Positions 53,535-64,000 of a stretch of 64,000 nucleotides of DNA are shown in pieces; position 1 is the stretch's first letter; the number at the start of each line of letters is the position of its first letter. Location of the stretch: positions 34,410,001 to 34,474,000 of the forward strand of contig OX597814.1 of the NCBI GenBank assembly GCA_951406725.2, given 5' to 3'. Source of the DNA: Octopus vulgaris (Eukaryota). The position numbers and the translations under genes are program-made. The notes below the pieces were generated by a model. That model was given only the letters and a program-made list of their open reading frames with translations. It was not told where the DNA came from and did no database searches.

Positions 53535-55165
53535 GCACACACACTCACCAAAACATAGACAACACACTCACAACTTCCACAGATACACGTACAGCATCAT
53601 CAACATGTCCAGTACCACAGTTACAAACTGCTCCACCAACTGTACGCCCCAACTGGGGGCAGGGTAGTCAGATTTCTTCAGATGTTTGGAGGTTTTCATT
53701 AGGGCTTCTTGCTCTTCCGTTCTAGTTGGCGATTGGAACGCCATTTTGGATGCACGCCTGGATAGGGTGGGGCAAGCCGACAAGAGAGAAGTGTGCAAAA
53801 ATCTCATAAACCTGCTCAGTCATTTCCAATTGACTGCCAAGTACCGACTAGATTTCCCGAATGTGCCAATGTGGACATGGGAAAACAGCACCGTGTCTTC
53901 CAGATCGTATTTATATATTCTGTAGGCCAGTGGATAGAAATAGCATAGGCTGTCCACAGTTCAAAGTCGCTGGCGACACAGACCATAAATTTGTGATCCG
54001 CACGGTCGATCTAGATAGGATTCATAGACAGGGCCCCGGGTACTGGAAGCTAAACGAGTCTTTCTCAGCACATTAAGCATTCGGAAACCGGTTTAGCGAC
54101 TGATGTGCTGGCGGCGGTATTTTCTCTTGATCAATTCTTCAATGCCAAGCATGAAGGTTACGTTGTCACAGTTAGGGGGTGCACTAAGACATGAGAGGAC
54201 GAAAGCCGTTCGATGGGTCAGGATGACAGAAGTGCAACATAGAAACAAAACCATAATTCGATCTTTGACGGGTCAGGACGGGCGCACGCTACACGAATTC
54301 AAGCAGATGTGTACGGAATTTCAGCGGCACTTCACCGAACTGTGTGGGGCGCGTTGTGTATCGAGTATGGAGATGGATTTCACAGTATGCCACGCCTTTC
54401 GGGAAAGTATGCGGAGTTCTGAGAAACGCCGATAACATCCAAAGGCATACGGGACGCGGTGACGGGTTGCACAAGAGAAATGTCTCCGGAGCTGGATGGT
54501 CTGCCTTCGAGATTTAACTTCATATGCCAGACTTGTTCGGTGATCTCTTGGTAGATGTCTATCACAACTGACCGCACAACGGGAGAATACTGAATGTTGT
54601 TAACTGTGCTACTAAGAAAGGACCAGAACAGGAGGTGGGGGCGGCGGCAAATATATAACTTCAGGCCCATAACTCTTCTAAATGCAGATTATAAGATTTT
54701 GGCCAAAGTATTAGCCAAGAGGTCGGCGCTTGTCAATAAGCTGATCGGTGACGCTCAGGCATGCACTATCGCTGACAGATCTATCCCCGACAACCTCCAC
54801 CTCAATATTATCATCATCATCATCATCATCATTATTATTATTATCATAAGGAAGGTAGGGAAGAAACCTGGCTTTGGTGGAGCTCTGATCAATTTGGATC
54901 AATCGAAAGCTTTTGACTAGGTCGATCATCAATACTTAGAGGCTATCCTCGCAGCGGCCGGTTTCGGTCCCGTTTTCAGAGACTGGATCGCTGCAATGTA
55001 CAGTGACATCTTTTCGGGGTCAAAGTAAGCGGCCACTTATCGGAATCGTTTAGCATCGTTCGCTCGGTCCGTCAAGGATGCTAACTTTCTCTCCTGTACG
55101 TGTTGGTTCTCGAGCAATTACTAAGAAAGTTGGATATTCCGAGGGGCTTCCCACGTGATCTAGGA
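52380..55165 (+). mobile_element. Decayed L1/Tx1-clade LINE (ORF1 zinc knuckle + APE + RT), 3'-truncated at (TATG)n
   Basis: CHLCGDTGHFRAFC (CX2CX4HX4C) at 53000-53041. APE: LVGDWNAILD..WTW..TDHKFV..GPGYWKLN. RT: SPELDGLP..NFRPITLLNADYKILAKVLAKR..LDQSKAFD..VRQG. Many stops and frameshifts. Confidence 0.9.
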
Positions 55166-55433
55166 TGCGTATGTATGTATGTATGTATGTATGTATGTAT
55201 GTATGTATGTATGTATGTATGTATGTATGTATGTATGTATGTATGTATGCATGTATGTATGTATGCATGTATGTATTTATGTATGTATGTAGGTATGTAT
55301 CTAAAATATATGTATATATGCATGTGTGTGTGTGCGTGTTTGGTGTGTACGTTCGTATATATACGTATTTATACACGCACACATACACTCACACACGCAT
55401 ACATATATACGTACACACACACACTCTCACACA

Positions 55434-55472
<39 letters not shown>

Positions 55473-55839
55473 GCATACATACATGCATACACTCATATAT
55501 ATACACACGCCCCTTTTTACAGTGCAGCCTATTCCAAGTTTGTGTGTGTGTGTGTGCGCGTGAGAGAGAGAGAGATCCAAAGACAGACAGAAAGATAGAG
55601 ACAGTGAGATAGAGAGAGACAGACGAAAAAGAAAAACTCCTTTTTCTTCTATCCTCTTATCTATGTATTTTTCTTTAAATTTATCTTTTTCCGTTCCTTC
55701 TGCTCTATCTTTCTTCTTTATCTCTCTTTCCCTTACATATTTCTCTCTTTTTATACGTACATACACATATATGTATAAACGAATATATGTCTTATATTTA
55801 AAAACAAAACAAAAGTATTCTTCACTCCGAAAAATTAAT

Positions 55840-55945
<106 letters not shown>

Positions 55946-56530
55946 ATTGATATATCATATACACTATATTCATATGCATACGTAACTTCTTACAAGAACT
56001 CAAACATACATACATCCACATACATATATGTAAGATTGCATGTACATGTACATACATATATACAGATATGTCTCTTAGTGCAGAGGAGACAATATCTAGC
56101 TCTCGTAATCATGCACATGCATACACATAGTTTCTCATAAAGCCTCTCTTAAATTCACATATATGTATAGTGAAGAAAATAAGATTTGGAGAGTAAGTTT
56201 ATAAATTTTGATCTTTAGAAAATTTTAATTCACTTGATATCTTCATTGCTTGAAGAGACATTTTCCATTAATGTGTGATTTCATGACATCAATAATTAAT
56301 AAGCAGCTTTCATAAATTGATGAAGGCAGATGTTCGGTAATTGATGAAAGTATCACCGGCATCAGCAATATCATCATCCGCAGCAGCAGCAGCAGTATTA
56401 ACTGTTTAGTTGAGGATGTGCAGCATGGAAGGGTGATGGGTCTGTATGTTGTTTATAAATGCTAAAATTTATAAATTAGAAATCAGTCAGCAAAAAACAT
56501 TATTTGACGTATAGTTACCATTTCAATTAC

Positions 56531-56630
<100 letters not shown>

Positions 56631-57375
56631 GTATAGACACCAGGAAAAAAGCATATAAAAATAAAAGATAGAAAGAAAAAAAATGCAATTATTAATATAT
56701 TGACCGTTTTAAATTATCAACTAATTTAAAAGCAATAATGAAACAGTCAGAATATTTTCAAATCGAAAATATATTTCGAAGTTATGTTTGAATTATTGGG
56801 TTCATTGGCATTGGTACAAAGAGAAGTTTTACAGGGGAAAAAGCGTAATCGATTGAAACGAAAGCAGAATATCATGAATACTACTTATTTGAAAGACTTG
56901 TAGGAATAAAAACCAAAATCGCCCTTAAGCAAGATTGTAAATTCTGATCATAGAAATCCGCAATTCAATACTTCAATATTTCAAAGGTAGAGTTAAATAG
57001 TCTAAAATACAGAGAAAACTAGTGATGATTTGCCTTTCCGAAAATACCCAAAATATGAACCACGTAACCATGTCTGTCCATGTCAGTATATACCGTTTCC
57101 TACATATGGTTGGTGGTGGGATTTGACCGGCATGAAGTGAGTGAATTCCAGTTACTGGTAAAGCACATGTACGATGAAACCACATGATCTAACTGTTCTA
57201 CCAACCATGCCAGACGATTCTCGTTTACTACCGATATATCTGTGCTGCTTAGCATCATATGTTTATATGAAGGATATGTATATTGGGTTCTACATCAGAT
57301 TATTAGTATCGCAATGCCTAAGCGAAATATATATATAATTATACACACACATATGTACATACATAAATACATACA

Positions 57376-57406
<31 letters not shown>

Positions 57407-57407
<1 letters not shown>

Positions 57408-57810
57408 GGCGTAGGAGTGGCTCTGTGGTAAGTAGCTTGCTCACCAACCATATGGTTCCGAGTTCAGTCCCACTGCGTGGCACCTTGCGCAAGTGTTTTC
57501 TACTATAGCCTCGGGTCGACCAAAGCCCTGTGAGTGGATTTGGTAGACGGAAACTGAAAGAAGCCCGTCGTATATATGTATATATATATGTGTGTGTGTA
57601 TATGTTTGTGTGTCTGTGTTTGTCCCCCCAACATCGCTTGACAACCGATGCTGGTGTGTTTAGGTCCCCGTAACTTAGCGGTTCGGCAAAAGAGACCGAT
57701 AAAATAAGTACTAGGCTTATAAAGAATAAGTCCTGGGGTCGATTTGCTCGACAAAAAAGCGGTACTGCAGTATGTCCACAGTCAAATGACTGAAACAAGT
57801 AAAATAGTAA
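57407..57810 (+). mobile_element. tRNA-derived SINE, family A, full length
   Basis: Colinear with the other family A copies. Confidence 0.92.
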
Positions 57811-58652
57811 TATACCCATAGATGCAAACACGCACATATATATACATATTTGTACATATAGTCTTTTGCGTGTCTTGGGTTTCACTGTTGAGGTCTTATA
57901 TGCCCCATTTATTAGACTATTTTTCATAGCCATTGCACGGTAATCGCTATAAGCTTTTAGGCTTATATAAATACTATTATTATTATTTACAGGATTGTAA
58001 AACCCGGTACTATATAACAAAACCATTCGCACCGAAATATATATATATGTGTGTGCGCATGTCTTGGTGTGGATGTGTATGTATGTATAGTGCGATAAGG
58101 GAAATAATTCATGTGGGTCAATGGCTTGAATGCAAGTAAGTTAAAGGTGATATACTAAATGACAAGCATAAAATTGTCTTAATAAATTGATTTCAACCTC
58201 AGTGGAAAAAAGAAAGCGAAATCATTGTGACAAATGTTAGCGACTGCCAAAGAAAATTTGAGATAATTTTAACGACTTAAAACTATATCACACAAACTTA
58301 ATGGGAAAATTTGCTTTTTACACGTGAGAGAACGACAATGGGTACTATTATGCCTTACTGAAACATTAGCATAGCATACTTTACTCAACTGTTTTTTTCA
58401 ATCAACAACAAAAATTAAAGGTACGTGCAACTTTTTCGTAGTAGTAATTTGTCTAATTCAAAATTGAGGAAAATTACTCAAGCAAAGCATTAGGTAAGTT
58501 AATGGAAAATATACTGAAAGATTTTCAAGCAGTCTCAATTAATTAAAATTTCCCCCGGAGTTGGAGAAAAGAAATAAAAGCCAGCCTGGCGGTAGTTGTT
58601 CATTACTTCTCGAGGAAGGGGAAACAAATTCGAGCAATCAAGATTTTTACTA

Positions 58653-58691
<39 letters not shown>

Positions 58692-59178
58692 GCACACACA
58701 CATTTATAGAGACATGCATACATATATTTGTACAAATATAAATATACACACGTATAGATTTCTAGATAGACAGATAAAACAATATGAATTTCATGTTTGG
58801 CATTTACTTTTGTTAGTTGATTTACATGTGACATTTCTACGTAGCAGCTATTGTTTCATCTATAAAAAGTGCTGTACAGAAAAAAAAAACCTGTTCGATA
58901 TTTGCTTTGAAGCATACGAAGTAGATAATTAATAAAAAAATGAGAACTGTGAGAAACATGGGTGACAGTTGTTATGACTATTCGAAGAGCAACCAAAGGG
59001 ACAGAAGATAATGATATCCTGTGATAGGCGCCATGTAGACTTTGCTCCCAAATATCCCAGTCTGCATAGAGCTAGCTAGGGTGCCTTGATGCTGAAAATA
59101 GCTTCTCATCAAATCACCCCCTACCCGAAAACAGAAAAGAAAAGCCGGATGATTATTATTAGAATGCCGTTGGTCATA

Positions 59179-59565
59179 GTGGAGGCGCAATGGCCCAGTG
59201 GTTAAGGCAGCGGACTCGCGATCATAGGATCGCAGTTTCGATTCCCAGACCGGGCGTTGTGAGTGTTTATTGAGCGAAAACACCTAAAGCTCCACGAGGC
59301 TCCGGCAGGGGATGGTGGTGATCCCTGCTGTACTCTTTCACCACAACTTTCTCTCACTCTTACTTCCTGTTTCTGTTGTACCTGTATTTCAAAGGGCCGG
59401 CCTTGTCACTCTCTGTGTCACGCTGAATATCCCCGAGAACTACGTTAAGGGCACACGTGTCTGTGGAGTGCTCAGCCACTTACACGTTAATTTCACGGGC
59501 AGGCTGTTCCGTTGATTCGGATCAACTGGAACCCTCGTCGTCGTAACCGACGGAGTGCTTCCACA
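59179..59565 (+). mobile_element. Young full-length SINE family B, 11-bp TSD
   Basis: A/B boxes present. TSD CGTTGGTCATA at 59168-59178 and 59566-59576. Near-identical to 26067-26456. Confidence 0.92.
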
Positions 59566-61710
59566 CGTTGGTCATAAATCTCCCGGGTCAGGAATGAACT
59601 GGATTTTAGCAACAACAACCACAAGATAGTTATATGTACAAGTTACATATTATTCATTGTTGTAAGTAGCGCTGGCACACTAAATTTGACGAGTGAATCG
59701 CTTGTGTACAGAGAAGAATTTTACCGCACGTAAGGAAAAGTTGATTTTTGACAACTGAGTACAGCGGTTTATTAGTATAATATCCACAAAGAAACTTCTT
59801 CAGGATCGCTCAGGAAGAATGCATACATTTAAGATTTCACCGTAATTTCTCCATGTACTCGTATATTAGAGAATATACGACACACAGGAACATTAATCTG
59901 TACATACATGCAAACACACAAGTACACAAAGACACATTCACAAACACACATACACACACACGCACACATACACAAACATCTACATACAGATATCATTATA
60001 TAAAATGAATGTTAGACGAACTAAAGTATTGTAGCATTGTATCTTTCTTTAATCACAGCAAGAAACGTGCCGAAGTTTTATCTAACAATCCATGAGCCCG
60101 TTACCCAGTTTCCCTTTTGTCGGTTTGCTAAACCGTAGTTCTAATAACTCCAAGGTTTTAAAATCAGATCCTTAAAAGAGCAAATAGAATGTTAGCTTAG
60201 AGCTGTTAACCAATCTACTGTCTGCAGAATAGAACTGAATCTGTTTTGTTTGTATTGATAACCATTAGATTTTTACTAAACCTACAACGAAAACACTAAC
60301 ATCTATTACTACAACTGAGTCGTTCTAGAGATGGTCATTGTAATAGAACGACAGAGCTAATAATTTTATTTCTAATCTCTGAAGTAAACGAATTATCTTA
60401 TTTTCTGTACCATCAAAGCAATTTCTCTGGCATTTATTTAATAATTTCAGTAAAATGATCTTTTCGTCATATCTTCTGACTAAATATAATACAGGCTTAT
60501 ACAATTTGCAAACACACAAATGTATAGAGGCATGAGACTAAAACATTAAAAATTTTGCATTAATTAACCTATGTGTTCATTTATACATGCAAATACTTAC
60601 ATATTCATACCTAAAATGAGACAAAGAAAAAAAAAACAATAAGTCACGTTAGTGATTATGCTCGTAAGCTGTTTTGTTCTTCCCTATTTTATAAGCATGA
60701 TTATGCAAGAAGTCGGTGATATCATGTGGTTTTGTCTACTGTAGAAAATCTACGACTCAGAATATTGCAGTTGCACTAAATGTCATGTGAGGCGCCATTG
60801 GTTGAAGTCACATGAATTTAAAAGACAAAGATGATATACAGAGAAAAAAATGTTAGAAGATATAGTCGATCAATTGTTAGTGGACTTGGCTTTCTCTGAG
60901 CACTGCAGCGTTACAGATTGAAGAATTTCACTTTCAGATATCTGATGTATGGTTGCTGATAGAGATGTAAGTAATAAAAGCTAAACAAATTGCACTGGCT
61001 GGGTTATTTCCTTTTATTTAGACGGCAATCTTTCTGAGAGCAATAATAAATTGAAGAAACTATTGAGCAAACTCGTCTTTTAGGCTGACATAGATCACAA
61101 TTAATATTTTGTTTGTGAATTTACTTTGGTTTCTTGTTGCCAGCAATTCAGTTTGTTTTTGTTATGAAGATGTATTAGTAGGAAAAGAAAGCGAACAAGA
61201 ACCTTTCTTTTTTCCACTTCTACTACGTTTCCTTTTTAGTTTTTAAATAACTCTTCGGACAGTATAATAATGCTGTTGGTGCGGTGAATGATTTTATCTA
61301 GATGCTTGACAAACGGGGAGAAGCTAATCTATTGTATTTGTACGGAACGAGATAAATGTTCTTTTGAAAGTTTTCAAATTAAAAAGTTACAAGGGTGTAC
61401 ACAATTTCAGACATATCTTGCTTGAAGTATCCTTTTTCTATACGCTAAAACTATTAAAAGCATCTACTTTTAAGGAGCGTATAAGTTTATCAGTTAATGT
61501 TATTTCCTTTCGTTCTTAATTACTTTTGAAATACTGAGATCAGTATTTCAGTATTTGTAATTAGAACGACACCAGTTTTCAGATAAAATATATCCAGAAA
61601 ATAAAACTTTTCTCCGACAATGTTGGAAATATTAATTTTACTACTGTTGAAATTTAATTCAAGCCCATCATTTTTGAACTGTAAATACCTCCCAAATGTG
61701 TCGATATATC

Positions 61711-62228
61711 TCACTCATTTGTTTCACATGGTGAACAGTAGCAACTAACGTCCTTTAAAACTAATCAAAAAAGGGTTTTGCAAATAGGCTGTTCATATTG
61801 AATATATGTCAAAATTGTAACTAGTTTCTTATAAAATGCCAGAGAATTCACTACAACGATTCAGTTTGTAATTATGGACCTTGTCTTATATTCTGGTGAC
61901 CATCTTTTTATTCTTAAATGCAATCGAAAATCCTAGAAATAATAGTTACTTGGGTGTGTTATTACCTTTTAGTAATGTCGGTTATCAACTTCAAAAGGCA
62001 TTGAATGATATGTCGTATCATATGTTTCAGGTGTCGCGTTAATTCAAATTATCATTAAATGTTAATTCGGTGGTATTAACTGGAAGGAAAATCACATTCA
62101 AGATGATTAAATGATATTTAATGAACAGCCTATTTGCAATATGAACAGCCTATTTGCAAAACCCTTTTTTAATTAGTTTTAAAAGGACGTTAGTTGCTAC
62201 TGTTTACCATATGAAATAAATGACTGAA
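61711..62228. mobile_element. MITE-like element with ~90-bp terminal inverted repeats
   Basis: 61711-61800 matches the reverse complement of 62138-62228 with few mismatches; no clear TSD. Confidence 0.7.
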
Positions 62229-62879
62229 TACGTAACATCTTTCGTTTTATTTTAGAAGATTAGTTGAATAAACCAAAGTATCTTGGTTTCAAAGTGGTAT
62301 TATTCTAATTTAGGAGGGAGATATATTGACTCTGGTTAAAATAATAGTTTATAGGTAAGTATAGTATTCTGATACATGCTCAGATTCACTGATACATCTA
62401 CTGCTTCTCCTATCTATTACATATATTGCATACAACTGATTATTTAAATCACTCTTCCTCTCTTAATCCAGTTTAATTTGTTTTATCCTTGAAAATATAA
62501 CTCGATTTAAACAGAATTATATTATAAATCTGTTAATCGGATCATAGTCTGATTTGTTATTCTATCTATTACCTGAGTTGTCAATTTAGCTAACAAGAAC
62601 AAGTACTTAATTGCCTGAATTAGAGGAAAAATAGGTGAGAATATATCTTAACAGGAACGGTCGGATTTAGAATTTAGACAAAATAGTATTCAAGTCAAAT
62701 GACTTAATGAGCAGTTGTACACACAATGTTGCATTGACCTTGATTGTAGGCACAATTCTCTGAATTAAGAATGGAAGCATTTTTATTCATACTTTTCACG
62801 TGTCTTTCTTAATGTCTTTAAAAATTAATTCGTTACATGCTCAAACGGCAAAAAGCGGGTGTTAATATTTCTAATCCTC

Positions 62880-63095
62880 ATGACAGCTAGCTGGTAGAAT
62901 CGTTAGTACGCCAGCCAAAATGCTTAGTGGCATTTTGTCCGTCTTTTACGTTCTGAGTTCAAAATCCGTCGAGGCAGACTTTGCCTTCCATCCTTTTGGG
63001 ATCCATAAAATAGTACCAGCTGAGCACTGGTGTCAATACTATCGATTTAACCCCATCCCCGAAATTTCTGGCCTTGTGTCAAATTTGAAAGCAAT
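62880..63095 (+). mobile_element. SINE family C
   Basis: Colinear with 44421-44640. Confidence 0.8.
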
Positions 63096-63156
63096 ATTTC
63101 AAATCCCCATAAGTACTGACTTTTTCTTGAATTTTCCTTTTAATTGACAAAATAAA

Positions 63157-64000
63157 TTGTTAACTGGCTTGTTGGAGAGTCACAGCCTTCTAAATTCCAA
63201 CCAAAATGGCTTTCACTGCCGCAGAGTTTGCCTAACACAGCGATTACATCACATCGGCGACATCCATAAAGCTTTTGGAACAGGTTCGAAATCTGATGGT
63301 TATATATATCTTAGCTTCAGCAAAGCCTTCGACAGAGTCAAGAACGTATTCCTGTTAAAATTGTCCAATATTAGTATCTGTGGTAAACTGCTCTACTGGA
63401 TTACGTATTTTCTGGTCATTACATATTACAATCAATGGAATCCACTCAAACCAAGTATATGTAACCAGTGGTATTCCTCAGGGGATAGTTTTAGGCCTGC
63501 TTCTCTTTATAGTCTATATAAATGACATCTCATGCGTCATCAAGCACAACAAAATAAAAATATTCGCAGATGATTCCAAACTTCAAAACATTATCGATGG
63601 GGAAGCAGTCTGACCTAAACGCCAGTTTGATTTGCATAGTGTTAGTCATTGGGTGGATAAAAACAACATACTGTTAAATGAAGGACAATTTGAACTCATG
63701 CATTTAGAAAAGAGAATACGCCCAAACAACTATATTTTCTTCTTCCTGTTGAACTACTCAGAACATCCAATAATATTAGGAATTTAGAAGTAATTGCTGA
63801 CAACAACCTCGACTGGAGCGCTCAAACATCAACAATAAAGTCGATGTGGCTCGTAGGATGAACTTCTGTATCCTCAGAAATTTCCCGTCTAGAGAGCCAG
63901 ATGCAATCAGTCCCTTTTCTCATATTTCGTAGGGCTACACCCACAATACTGCTATCTATTGTGTTCTATCTACACCAAACAAAATATTACGAGAATTGAG
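63157..64000 (+). mobile_element. CR1/L2-group LINE RT relic (runs off the window)
   Basis: LLNSNQNGF..CLTQ..IYLSFSKAFDRV../..VTSGIPQGIVLGLLLFIVYINDI..IFADDSKL; frameshifted. Confidence 0.9.

Noticed and set aside
57295-58032. 245-aa minus-strand ORF
   Set aside because: Antisense read-through of SINE family A plus microsatellite.

Overview
AT-rich, microsatellite-saturated eukaryotic DNA with no host protein-coding exon that I can support. The repeat content resembles octopus/coleoid cephalopod intronic or intergenic sequence; this organism call is an inference from recalled SINE families, not a database result. Nearly all listed ORFs are microsatellite or SINE read-throughs. The window contains: (1) about 20 tRNA-headed SINE copies with mix-and-match bodies; (2) a decayed L1/Tx1-type LINE with a CCHC ORF1 and APE-RT ORF2 at 52.4-55.2 kb; (3) a nest of about 9 R4/Dong-like LINE pieces with restriction-like endonucleases (REL) stacked in trinucleotide repeats at 45.2-51.7 kb, plus a second REL family tied to (TACA)n; (4) CR1-like RT relics; (5) a Penelope-like element with an inverted RT/GIY-YIG junction; (6) several MITEs. 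The most striking pattern is about 10 minimal type-I hammerhead-ribozyme motifs from different families, almost all next to (TA)n tracts. Three lie at the centre of long fold-back hairpins, and one lies just downstream of a tRNA-like Pol III promoter inside a Penelope element.
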